Shown here in pieces: positions 25,521 to 37,848 of a DNA stretch of 64,000 bases. Source of the stretch: Dicyema japonicum (taxonomy: Eukaryota; Animalia; Dicyemida); contig RDEW01000005.1 of the NCBI GenBank assembly GCA_011109175.1, positions 1 to 64,000 on the forward strand, written 5' to 3'. Every line of letters starts with the position of its first letter. Within the stretch, counting starts at the first letter, position 1. Below the pieces are notes generated by a model. The model saw only the letters and a list, made by a program, of their open reading frames with translations. It did no database searches and had not been told where the DNA came from. Position numbers and translations under genes: made by a program.

Positions 25521-26980
25521 CAGATTCTTGTTTAATATTTTCTAAATCTTCTAAAGAATTTTGATATTCAATAAATGTTTCATTTTCCGTGTATTCAATA
25601 TTTAAAAAATCCTACTTTGAGAGGATCGAAAATGTCTGTTCTTCTGATTATTGTATCATTAATTTCAATTTCAAGAATTTCGTTATTGGAGTTATTAAAA
25701 ACTTTGAAACAATTCCTGATCGTCTCTTCGGATACGTCTTCCCAAGCCATTTTTGCCAAAAAAAGACCGTATCCCTTAAATTCAATTTCTTGTAAGAATT
25801 ATAGACCGAAATATTTTGAGTTTCCGATAATTCCGTCAAATAGATTAACTTGCGTCTGGTAAAATTACTCTTGAAAGATTTGATGATGCCAATATCCATG
25901 GGTTGAAGCAACCCCGTACTATTTTTTGGAAGAAACAATATTTTTATATATTCCAAATTCGGCGGGATACCATGCGCAGGGCAGTTGTCAATCAGTAGTA
26001 GAATTCGTTTTTTTTAGCTGAGTATCAAAATTAATCAACCAATCCATAAATATGGATCCAGTAATCCAAGCTCTATGAACTATAGTAGGAGACGGAGCAT
26101 CTATAGTCATAATTTCGAAAACATCGAGGCAATTTTTGTCTTGAAATCATCACTGGTTTCAACTTGTGCGTTCCGCTCATGTTTGAACATAGCATAATTG
26201 AGACACGGTTTTTAAAATTTTTGTAACCTTGAAATCGGTTTCTGCAGATGCTTTTCGATGGAATGAGCTTATACTATAACCCAGTTTCATCCAGAATATA
26301 TATTTGGTCAGGTTTGTATGCTTTTGAAAAATCGTTAAATTTTCAAAAGAGGATTCAACGTCGACAGATTTATCTGTTTGCATTTCCCGTGTAACTTGCG
26401 TATTCGGAATCCGTGTCTCTTTTTGAATTTATCCAAGAATCCATTAGAATTTTTGGAATCACTGAGTTATAACTCATCCGCAAAAAATGCTGCCTTAGTA
26501 GATATTGAAGAATCATTCCAAAGCCACCTAAAAAATTGATTTTTCGAAAAGTACCTTTAGACTATAATACCTCTATCCATTCAATCAACTTTTTTTCAAA
26601 CTTTGGAAACCTCAGTTTATGTGCAGTTAAAAGAAAGTTGATAATTTTTTGAATTTTTTACAATAGCGTTCTTCTTCAGTAGACGATTATTTATTGTTTT
26701 TCTTGATATTGTCTTTCGGAATATTCTTGAGAATCCATCAGCTAATCGCTGGCACGAAATGTCATCATTTTCTTCTTTATAATTAACAATTTGAGATTTT
26801 TAATTAAGAGAAAGCCGAGTATAGCGTCCACGATAAAATTTGGAAGACATGTGTTAATTAAAAATTTCAAAATGTGGCCAATTTGCGAGGGTCGGGTGTA
26901 TTTATAATAGAAAATTTGTTGGATATGAATTGGAAATTTTTTTGTGAGTTATAGTCGAGTATCTTGCGGAGATACTATGT
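25520..26980 (-). mobile_element. pogo/Tigger DNA transposon, transposase pseudogene
   Basis: Start near 26850 with CENP-B-like HTH; FLPKNSTGLLQPMDIGIIKSFK and LLIDNCPAH DDE motifs; terminal CGAGTAT..GCGGA motif. Confidence 0.85.
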
Positions 26981-27294
26981 TGCAAAGTTGGAAGTTCGAA
27001 AAATGGAGAAATATTTTAAAGGAACAGTTTTCCGATTATGGAGGCAGGTTAATTGAAGGAGAGATAGATAAATGGCATATTTTGTTTCAAAAATCAGGGA
27101 TTTCTTTTATTAAGATAGGATCATGCATTTGTTGATATATTAAAAATTTGAGTAATTGTCTCAATATTTTATTTAATGAATGAAAAATAATTACAGTAAA
27201 CCCTCATTAATCCGAACTAAAAAAGTTTGGATGCCTTTCGGATTGTGAAGGGAATAAATATATTAATTCAGATCACGGGAAATTGGCCCTGAAA

Positions 27295-27437
27295 ATTCAG
27301 GCAGCCGTCTTGTACGTTCATGCGCGGGCACGAAGGAAGAACGACGGGCAAAGATGAGGTCTTTGTTAGAATGCATCAAGATCATGTGATAATTAGTTTT
27401 GTTTTACCGTGGTCTTTGGTTAAATAAATAAAAAAAA
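27295..27437 (+). repeat. Short repeat family E with A-rich tail
   Basis: Aligns with 62561-62694. Confidence 0.7.
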
Positions 27438-27670
27438 TTGTCGTTAATATTTATGTTTTCACATATAATAATCTCTCCATTTTAGCATCAATAATTTCCT
27501 CGTCGACATTATAATCTTCACAAAGAATTACGAATTCGTTCTCGTCGAGCACTTTTGTTTGAATTATTTCTTATTCATTAGCAAATTCTTCCAGTTCTTT
27601 TCGGTACTCATTCAAAACAGGATCTTGCACTATTTCTTCATTAGAAAATTAATCAAGACATTTAATTGCC

Positions 27671-27972
27671 AGGAGCTTGTTCTGCCGCTGAGAAGACCGA
27701 GAAGATGAAAAGGGAAAAGTACGCGTTCCTGTCCAAGGATGTTTTGTTTGTTCCACTCGCCGTTGAGACGTCTGGTTCCCCTGCGCCTGCGACGCTGGAA
27801 TTCTTGAGTCGTCTAGGGAATCGGATCGCTTCACGAAAAGGAAACCCTCGTGAGCGCTGCTGGTTATTTGAGCGAATCTCGCTCGCTATCCTGAGAGGGA
27901 ATAGCCACGCAGTCAGGGCAGCTTCTATATAGGCGTTACTCTATTTTCTTTCTTCAATAAAATTTATTAAAG
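27671..27972 (+). mobile_element. CRE-like 3' fragment nested in pogo
   Basis: FVPLAVETSG..ERISLAILRGN; TSD TTTAATTGCC at 27661-27670 and 27973-27982. Confidence 0.85.
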
Positions 27973-28517
27973 TTTAATTGCCTCAGTCTTTTTAAAACAA
28001 TTTTTATGGTCTTCTTTTACTTCGTGTGTGAGATATCATAATGATGCTTTCCGTAAATTCACAAAAAAATCTTTTTCCAAATCAAGGGTATATAATCCAA
28101 AATAAGCCTTTTTCTATAATAATGCTTAAAGTTATTGATTACGCTTGCATCCATGGTTGAAGATGTGCAGTTGTGTTTTTTGGAAGGAATAGAATTTCAA
28201 TTTTCAATAATTTCGTTAAAACGTGGAGCATTATCAATCAGTAAAAAGAACTTTTTTCTGTAACATTTTAATTCGTCACTATAATGACTGATTAAAACAT
28301 TTAAAAATTCTGTTGTCATTCAAACCCTTTTATTTGCACATTAATAATTTTCAAAGTCAAAATATTTTAAAAATCTTGGTTTTTTATTATGGTCCAATAA
28401 AAATGATTAATTTTTATTTTTCTAGTTTCATTAGCACAAAGAGCTATAGTAATCTTCATTTTTGATTGCTTTATGCCATTTCTATATGTAGATGAAATTG
28501 TTTTAAAAGGTTAAGAT

Positions 28518-28658
28518 AATAAACTTTTATTAAGGAAAGAAAAGAGAGTAAACGCTTATATAGCGGCTGCCTTGACTACGGGGCTATTCCCTCTCAGAAT
28601 AGCGAGCGAGATTTGCTCAAATAACCAGCAGCGCTCTCCTGTTCATGTAACGATTCAT
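28518..28658 (-). mobile_element. CRE-like 3' tip nested in pogo
   Basis: Minus-strand ERCWLFEQISLAILRGN; imperfect TSD AGGTTAAGAT / AGGGTAAGAT. Confidence 0.75.
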
Positions 28659-29065
28659 AGGGTAAGATTGAAAAATTTCATCCATTTTTGCCAATACGTT
28701 AGGGTCACTTCTTTAAACTAATCATATTTGTTCATTCAAATTAATTTCATATTGTGTTAACCTGTTAGCTTCTCCATGAAGAACTTTTAGTTTAAGAATA
28801 AATCTTCCTTTAAATCTGTGTAGCTTTTACTAACTTCAAAATCATTGATACCAGGCTTTTCACAAAATACTTTAGCTGGACTTGTTAATCGTAGTTTCAC
28901 AGTTTTCCAACATTCACGGTTTTGTAGAATTTCTGAAATTGTAGAAATTCACAAATAAAGGTTCATTTTTATTTCACAGATATGGGATAATTCTGAGAGT
29001 CATATTTGATGTATTTTTATTTCACAAATATTACCTTTTTTTAAACCAATTTGGTACTGTTAGAT

Positions 29066-29786
29066 GTTGATCAGGATGATTCCAAACAGAATCATCTGAA
29101 ATTACAGAGATGGAGCATTTGAAGGGGATAATGCCTGAGCAGAAAGATCGTTACAGGGCCATCTGCGAGAATAAGTATGAGAGGCTTCTGAACCAATCAA
29201 ACCAACACAGACGAGTCGGTCTAGTCACTGGAAGATGCGAATCGAGCGGCGCATGGATCAATGCACTCCCAGTTGGCAGTGTCGGGACCCACCTTGACGA
29301 CGATACTGTCCGCATCGGCATCTCTATCAGACTTGGACTGAAGATTTGCCGGACCCACAAATGCCGATGTGGCGCAACCGTCGATTGTTATGGACTCCAT
29401 GCCTTCTCTTGTCGGAGAAGTGCAGGACGATTCCCAAGACACACGGCAGGCGATCAACGGAATTTTCAAGCGAGCCCTGGAGTCTGCGGGATACCAAGCC
29501 ATACTAGAACCTGTTGGCCTGGACAGAGGAGACGGAAAACGTCCCGACGGGATCACAATTTTCCCATTCGAAGAGGGAAAACCTTTGGTCTGGGACGCTA
29601 CTTGTGTCGACACGCTTTGCCCGTCCAACATTGTAGACACACTGTATTCCGCGGAAAAAACGATGAGGGCAAAGGAGAAGAAATACGAAGCGCTACGCGA
29701 CCGATTCGCGTTTTATCCGATAGTGGTCGAGACAACTGGAGGAATAAGTGGAAAATCGCTTCGCTTCCTAAAAAGAATAAATTTAT
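29066..29786 (+). mobile_element. CRE-like fragment nested in pogo
   Basis: SSGAWI, HKCRCG, GDGKRPDG, LVWDAT; TSD GTACTGTTAGAT at 29054-29065 and 29787-29798. Confidence 0.85.
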
Positions 29787-30448
29787 GTACTGTTAGATTT
29801 AAATTTAAATGTAAATTCATTTGAATGTATAATAAAAACAAAATAAATTAATCCGAAATTTTTAATGTCTTTCGGATTATGAAGTTTCGGTTTATTGAAG
29901 CCTGTTTGTAAGGAAACTTTGTAAAATTTTGCTAACTCATCAAAAATTCAAAATTATTGAAGTACGGATTAATTAGGGTCTACTGTATTTATCATTATAT
30001 TGCATTTATAAAATCAGGAAATAATTGAATTAAGAATTATATTTAGAAATAGTCAAATTATAGGAATAATAAAGGTACGAATCAACGGCCAAACATTATG
30101 ATTTAAATAACTTAAATGTATTGAATAACGTTAACTACTTCAATTGTTTGTATTAATTATGTTTATTACAAATTTAATAAATTTATAATTAATTCCACTA
30201 CAATGTAAATACACCAGTCTACTCATAAGGACTGGCTGCACTCCCTTGAGCCCTCACAATCCCGTGAAGAGAACTACCACGATGAATGAATTAGAGATCA
30301 ATGAGGGAATTGTCAACAAAAGTTAATTTTCCATAAAATAGTGAATCAGTATTTAAGCCAATAATTGCTTATATTCTTATTATTAGTAAATTAAATTCAT
30401 AAATTGAGAAATTATTGGAAAAACAGAATTAAATGAAACAGAATAGAA

Positions 30449-31316
30449 TTAAAGGGAGGAGATATACTCAATCAGATTTTCCAGACCTTTGGTAGTGAAT
30501 AGATCCTTTGAATCGGCATGACTTGAATGGGAAAAGTCTATCATTTTGACAACAGATTTGGGTTTGTTTTCAATATTTTCATTTTCGTAAGCAATAATGA
30601 TGGAACTTGATTTGAAATTCCATTCTGTTTGTTCGTTCAAAAGTTCTAATATCACACGTAGTTCCTTGATTATACGCATTCTGTTTTTGCTGTCAAATTT
30701 TAAATCCTCATTAAAGAATGTCTTAAATTCTAAGATTTAATTCACGACTGACCTTCTCTAATCGTGTCCTGCACGAGACTCTTTCCCTTTTCCTTGTCGA
30801 TGCAGTAAAAATCTTCCACCGAGCGGAAAACCTTTAAATTGTATTTTAGTTGATTTACTCTCATTCCACAGATTTGAAAATATATCTCATTGGCAATTTT
30901 GTATTTTTCTGCGTTAAGCAAGCCAATCTTAATATCAGCAGACGTTAATTGCTCGAATGTAAGGAAAATATTTTCCAAATAAATAAATTTGTCTTAATTT
31001 TAAGATTTCTCTTATAACCGGTCAAATCAAAGTTATCGCTCATTCCATAATATTTTGGAAAGTATGTTGTTAACTTTTTCAAACACGGATCCTTAGATTT
31101 TAGAATTTCTTCATAAAAATCAGCTTCCTGATATCCACGAGGATATTTTTTAATCCTTTTGACAATCAAACCCCCAGGAAACTCGAAAAAGACTGATAAG
31201 TTATTTTAACGTTTACATTTTTTCTTGCATTTTTCAGGATCTAACCCATGTCCCCCTAATTGGTTTTCTATTGGCTTTAATTCTGAGATTTTTAGTTCTT
31301 TAAATTTTTCGATCAT
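30449..31316 (-). CDS. Inositol polyphosphate kinase, second copy
   Basis: Nearly identical to 8441-9308 with the same introns; differences seen include D3E and IDYISSL/IEYISSL. Confidence 0.9.
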
Positions 31317-32666
31317 TTATTTGTTAAAATCAATTTTATTTTATTTGCTTTAGGTTTTCCAGAGAATTTTCATTTTAATAAGATTTATAATAAATTTAAA
31401 CTTATCCAAATTAAACCAATATTCTTATTCAACAATATTATAATTTTTGTTGATCAATTATTAAATACAGAATCATTGGGAGACTATTCTTCAATTTTTT
31501 TCTTCTAATTTGTAAAATATAACATCCGTGTCCATAATTAATTGCTATAATTATTACGAAAATATAATTATTTTTGTTTTTAAAGACAACAAGTCAATAT
31601 AATAACATTATTTAACATTAAGTACCTATATTTTAGTAGAGTACATATTTGTTTTCTCCTTTAAATGTTGTACAAAACTAATGTTATTTTTATGGTATCA
31701 ATGTGACGATTAATAACAAAATTAATTACGTTTTCTTACATGTCGAGAAGTATTCTACATATTTATGTACTTTAATTAAGACATTCAATATTTGTGTAAT
31801 AAAATTTCTGTAGTGATAAGAATACTCATCTTCCGAATTACGATTGACTCAATAGAGGAACCAATGATAACATAGACGCAGTGGTCAGGTGTGGTTTGGC
31901 TACACTCAAGTACGGTGTGTTAAATAGAATAAGTAAGAATTTCATATCTTAAAAGAGACAAATTTTAATAAGCGTATGAAGTTTTTTGAGCGATTCAGGA
32001 AAGATTCATAAGACTACCGCAAAGTAAATGCCCTTTAATATTGAAAGTCTTAAACGAAAAATCCTGTATGACCAAGTCCGTAACAACCTGAAGAGGTTTA
32101 TAAAATGCAAACCAAAATATTCCCATACTAACCGGGTAATGAATCTATAAAACAAGTAATTCATGAAATGACTAAAAAATATTTAGTCATTTCATGAATT
32201 GACTGATTTTTTAATCCTAATGATTATTATATTTAACTTAACCTTTTTTCGCCTGAATTTCTTGATTTTCTTGAGCTTTATGACTATTATTAAATATTCC
32301 AATATTTCACTTAAATCCTCTTCATTCTTTATTTTTTTGAGAAAATCTTCGTGTAAATTTTTTGATCTTAATCCAATTCTCATATATTCACCGAACAGAA
32401 TATGGGGATTGTTTTATAGTTATAAAATAGGATAAACAACTCCGATCAAAAAATAGAGTAAATTGTTCAAGTTAGTTTGTTCACAAGCAATCGTTACGAA
32501 TATATTAGTTTCGTAGTTTTTTTTAATTTAGATTGGAGTCTCAATTTTGCTGTTGTTTAAGAAAAATGTGATTCTGAGGAACATCAGCTAATGGTCCTGT
32601 CGTATTTTTAGACCCCGTATATTACGGGATTGTCAATTTTATGTCTTTTATATTTGTGGGAGTTGT

Positions 32667-32990
32667 TAATAATAATAACAGCCTTTTCATGAGAGTCATA
32701 ATATCTATAGCTCCGCAAAGGCAGACACACACTTTATTTAAGTAAAGAACAGTTAATTTTAACTAATCGTAGAATCAAGGAATGATCTTCACTTTTTTTT
32801 CATTTTCTTGTGTGTGGGTCCTTTCTAGACAATCCAGTTCCGCAATGAGTATCCACTGATAACGGCGTCACTCGTCAAGCCCTTTCTGCATCGTAGATGC
32901 TTGGAACCTTCCACCTGGTGTACAGCAGCGAGAATCGAACCCGTAACCTAAGCCACTTTAGCCCGACACCTAACCACTATGCCACCCGGC
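32667..32990 (-). mobile_element. SINE family A, full length, tRNA-derived head
   Basis: Minus strand starts GCCGGGTGGCATAGTGG (A box) ... GGTTCGATTCT (B box); RTE-like tail and (TTA)n. Confidence 0.88.
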
Positions 32991-33029
32991 TTCAAAGCAA
33001 TTTCATACAACCAAAGAACGTTATATTAA

Positions 33030-35170
33030 CTAAGGTCCCATTCGTGACACACGTTTCGAAATTTGCTTCACTAGGCGTTTCCATCGCCCTCTGCTTTGCG
33101 CATCTGTCCGTAGATCTTCTAGGTCTTTTGCAGTTTTAAGTTTTCTTCCAATTCCATTAAGATCCTTGTTCAGAGCTACGGGGATGGTCACTCCTCTGAA
33201 CGATGGTTTGTTCTCATTGTTAAAGTAATTGTCCATTATTATATTTGCAGGGGCGTTTATGTCCATTCTAAGCACGTGCCCAACAGTCCTCCATTTTGAT
33301 TCAATAATGTCGATGCTTATTGGCCTCGATTGTGCCACAGAGTATAATTTCTTATTGAAATCTTCTTGGGCCAACCTAGGCCCAGTAAATTGCGTAATTT
33401 TTTTTGATGAAATATATCCATTTTTTGAGCTCTAGCTCTGTGACCCCCATGTAACCGAGTTGTACATAACCACCGGCTTTATATATGAGTTTTATAGTCT
33501 TATTCTTAGATTTTTTATTAGTTTTTTTTCGACTCCGTATCTTCTGCATTTTCTTATACATGGCAGTGGCTAGAACTCTCCTATACATCATGACCTCACT
33601 ATCACCAAGTAAGAATCCCAATTTCCTTTTTTCCTCCAACTTTCATCAATATATTTTAATTCCCTTGTGATTCTTATGTGTTCAGTCTTTCCTAATTAAC
33701 TCGCAAAGACCAATTCTTAAATTCTCCAGGGATTTTCTCTAAAGCAAGTCCAAGTTCCAGATTATTTTCTGACACAAAATCTATGTCATCTGCATATATA
33801 ATCTCCATCGGCATGCATCCTTCACATTTGATTTCTCAAATGGCTCCACATATGAGGTTTCATTTTCATTCAAAAGTCCTGAAAAATGTTCGGCAATAAT
33901 CTCACTTTTTTCTTAATTATCCAATACATTTCTTCCTTGACTGTCGTGAATACGAATATTCGTATTTTGAACTCCCCTCTGCGAAAGGAGAACTGCTCGA
34001 AACATTCGCGTTCCTTATCCCAACTTCTCAATTTCACTGACACGTTCGTCAATTTTCTTAGCATGCGATTTCTTTCTCTTTTTTGTACACGATTCTATTC
34101 TCAGCCGCAATTTTTTTTGTTTAATTGATGATGATCCAATTTCGTGATCGATGACTCCTTTAAATCATGCTGGGCTTTTTTCCCTTAGCACGTCGTAACT
34201 TGCCTTATTTAATCCATCAACACTAGCATTCCAAATCATCTCTGGGGAACTTTCCATATTTATGTTCACAATCTTTTTCTTAATTGCCATACAATAATTT
34301 TCACGCGTTTTCTCACCATAAGCATAATTTTTCCACAATAAAACGATCCAGATAAGCTCTCTTCTTACTAGCTCGTCTTTTCCGAAATATCTTTTCATTC
34401 TAAAACGTGCAAGTAGCAGTTTATGATCACTATAAGTGATGATGCCTCCATAACTGCGGGAGTCTGTTACTAAAGCACGAAGAGATCTTTACACATAACA
34501 TAATCAATTCAGACATAGTCACCATTTCCATCCTTTTTATACATCCTCCAGTCCACGTAGTCTTATGCCTCGCATTGTAGTCGAATGCAGAATTATAAAT
34601 GAAGTAGTCAAACATGTTACAAAATTGCACGAGCAATTCTCCTGACATATTCCTCTTCTCCCTAGAATGTCTACCCATAAAAAGTTCTCTCCATTGACAG
34701 TGTCCCACTATAGCATTCCAATCACCACACAAAAAAGTCATAACTTTAAGATCAGAGATGGTATCCGTTAATAAGATAATAAAACAGATCAAGTTCATCG
34801 GGATTTGTAGAAACCCTCGCCATTGTGGGCGCGTAGACATTAATTATGATATAAAGGAATTATCAGTCCTCCCACTATTAATCTGGAGTACTGCTATTCT
34901 GTCATTCACCCTCCACACTCTGTGGATTCTCCCATCAAGACACTGATGTATAGCAAAGCCAAGTTCGTAGTGGTTGCATTCGGAGTCTAGTAGTATAAGT
35001 CTAAACTCTCCGTAATTCTCCTCAACTGCATCCTTCACTTTAGTCTCCTGTATACTGCATATAGTGACTTTGTATGACATTAAGTCACTTATTAAATCCT
35101 CCCTTTTCCGTTTTTCTTTCAAGCCTCGAACGTTGAATGACGCCAATGTGCCATATAATAAAGATCTCAT
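33030..35170 (-). mobile_element. Decayed RTE LINE (APE-RT, internally deleted)
   Basis: ASFNVRGL, CSIQET, CGDWNA, RHKTTW, IYADD, KWRTVGHVLRM. Confidence 0.85.
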
Positions 35171-35175
35171 GTTTA

Positions 35176-35590
35176 TCAGATCAACCTGCGCACGAGATAC
35201 AAATTCTTTCGGTAAAATTGGACGAACAACACTAAAATTTGATTTTGATCTGATTCTCTATTTCTGACAGTGAATGCAAAATGACTTATAAAAATCAACT
35301 GTAGACGATTAATGTTGCTATATTTCTTAGCAAGTTCATTGACCATTATATCACGTCCACCATGGCCAGTTTGTATGTGAGCTTTCTTGATAACATCGAA
35401 AAGTTCTTTTACATAAACATAATATTTCGGAATTTCTTCTTCCGTCTTTCGTTTATGCATCAGTCTTTCAGAATCACCACATACGAGTACTTCGTATTTT
35501 TTTAAAATATGATAATCTTTTCTTGATTTTTTTGAATTGTTTAAATTCATTTTAAATTTTTCGACGATTGAAAAATATTCATCTTTATTA
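35176..35590 (-). mobile_element. Ginger2/KRABA2-like integrase N-terminal fragment
   Basis: ELFDVIKKAHIQTGHGGRD integrase zinc-binding region. Confidence 0.7.
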
Positions 35591-35594
35591 TTAT

Positions 35595-37310
35595 TGAACC
35601 AGAAAACCACCGTCATATTCAAAATAAACAAAATTCAGGTGATCCCAGCCTCCCTCAACAGTCTTCGTATCTTTTCTCGGTGTTCCGACTGCGTTCCTGT
35701 GCATTTTCGATATGGACGGTCCGCATACTCGAGTCCTTCGCAGGGACACTGTTCCAATCGCCTCTATCATATTTTCAAGGTTTCTGGGAAGGATTTCCAC
35801 ACGGGAAGATTTCCTTAGTAGGTTTGCTGTCTTCACTTGAATGTTGCAGATCTTGTCCAAATTCGTTGCAGCAAGGTTAAATCCCCAGAAATTACATGTG
35901 TATCCTATTGTTGACTCGATGAACTGTTTGTATATGACATCCAGTCCACTCATATCTTTTTTGTCTCATAGGTTTTCCAAGAACGCCTTCAAAAAGTTGA
36001 TTCTCCATCGTACAAGTCAATAACATATTTTCGACATATTTTGTAAAGGTTAAGAAGGGTCAAAGGTAACTCCTAGGATTTTCCGGAATTTGTTTTGCGG
36101 GATATTTTTCCCATCCAGTGTGACGTCATTTGATACTTTCCCTAGTCTTCTGATTTTCCTATAGCCATAAACTTAGTTTATTCAGATTATCCTGTACTCT
36201 TCTCGTTGCTTCGATAATACTCACATCCCTCGAAACAATGACTATACCATCCACATACGTTAATAATATGTCATCGTCCCCCTGTGGGAGTGGCAAGTCA
36301 TTTATCATAAGGTTAAACAAGAGGGGAGATAATGGGGACCCTTGGGGAACGCCATTTGCTAATAGTCTCGATACGGAACATCGATTGCCACAGTGTACTC
36401 GTCTTCGTCGACCACTCAAGAAATTTCCCAACCATAATTTCAAGTTTGCGTCAATGTTCGACAAGTTTGCGTCCTCGAAACAGAGTCAAAAGCCTTCTGG
36501 ATATCAATTGAGTATACAATCGTCTTTTTCTGTCCTGGTCTTTTGTTAAGGACATCTTTTATGAACTCTTTTAATGTATTTAGGTTTGTGATAGTTTATC
36601 GTCCCCCTTTGAAACCGCTAAAATCTGGCATCTGAGAGGGAATGTCGTGTAAGCGTCCTAACCATCTTTCTAGGATTCTTGTCTGGACGCACAAGAGCGA
36701 AAGAGGCCTGTAAGAAGCGGGTCCTTCCTTGGTTTCCCAGGCTTCAGTATTGGAGGAATATTCAAAAGTTTCTATATAGCGGGAATACAGTTGAAATTGA
36801 TTGAGTAGTTGATGGTGCATGTTAGTGCTGATACTCCACTGTGCCCATCTTTTTCAACAGAATAACAGGGATCCCGTCCGTTCCACAGGAATGTGTGTTC
36901 TTTGTTCGATAGATCTCCAAAGCGACATCTCCCGGTAGAACATAAATTATTGGATGCCTCCTTTTCAATTTCGGTTTTTTGTGTGGAGAATATCCATTTT
37001 TTAAATGGTTGTGGCTTATTCTCACACAATGTTTGATAAATTTATTCAAATTCATCTCCTGTTCACGGTCTCCTCGATTTTGTTTCAGCGTTTTTGACAT
37101 TTCGCATGCATCCTCCACATTTTGGTAAGTGAACTATTTTTTTCATAGCATTAGAAATTCGTCCCAGTTTTGTTTTTGGAAAAGTTTTGTCGTTTCGTTG
37201 ATCTTTATGTTCAGTGCACGGATTCTGTTAGTATCATGTTTTGTTAGGTGCTTTTTACGTTTGAGACAATTCCTTTATTTTATTAGTTTGATTATGCAAG
37301 CATCATATTT
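35595..37310 (-). mobile_element. Decayed jockey/I-like LINE RT
   Basis: YRPLSLL, GVPQGSPLSP, YVDG, ILGVTFD; 3' end GTGATCCCAGCCTCC shared with about 37488. Confidence 0.8.
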
Positions 37311-37439
37311 CTATGTAAAATAAGAAGAAATCAACTAACATTTGTTTATTTGTTAAAAAATTTATTTTTTTGAAAAAAATAAAAAAGAGTAATTCTTATT
37401 TCCAATGTGTTTCAATTCTTACAAAAATTGTTTTATTTT

Positions 37440-37848
37440 AAAACCCCGAGACCACCAAAACAAAGAAAGAATTAACTTGCTAAATTAAGTGATCCCAGCC
37501 TCCAATATCTCTCGAATTCTCTTTGAATGTTTCGCTTGTGAACTAACAGCGTTTCTGAGGTGTCTTCTTTTATTTCTGCAGAGGAATTCCATCGGAGTGC
37601 ACTTTTTAATGCCGATCTGAATTCCTCCGCATGAACCACCCACTCTCTAAATGGGTTCCTAGCTCATTGCACATAAATAGGAAGCCCAGGCCATTTCTCA
37701 CCGTCGCCTTTTCTGAAAGCAGACTAAAGACGGATGTGGAGTCTGATTGTATATGCCTCATGATCTTCTGTCTGAGAGAGTTCATACGCTCCAAAAATTG
37801 TTGCTTCAAACTATTTTGTTGCAATGTAGAGTCATAAACCAACGGCAA
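37440..37848 (-). mobile_element. LINE 3' fragment related to the 35595 and 45018 ends
   Basis: Shared TAATTAAGTGATC / GTGATCCCAGCC terminal sequence. Confidence 0.55.

Larger units (their letters stand above)
27194..29985 (-). mobile_element. pogo/Tigger element with both TIRs and nested insertions
   Basis: TIRs CAGTAAACCCTCATTAATCCGAACT and AGTACGGATTAATTAGGGTCTACTG (22/25 match); TA duplication; empty site near 9770; FLPKNTTAHLQPWMQ and LLIDNAP remnants. Confidence 0.9.

Noticed and set aside
32915-32990. Functional tRNA gene
   Set aside because: A and B boxes are present but acceptor and anticodon arms are not convincing; it is the head of SINE family A
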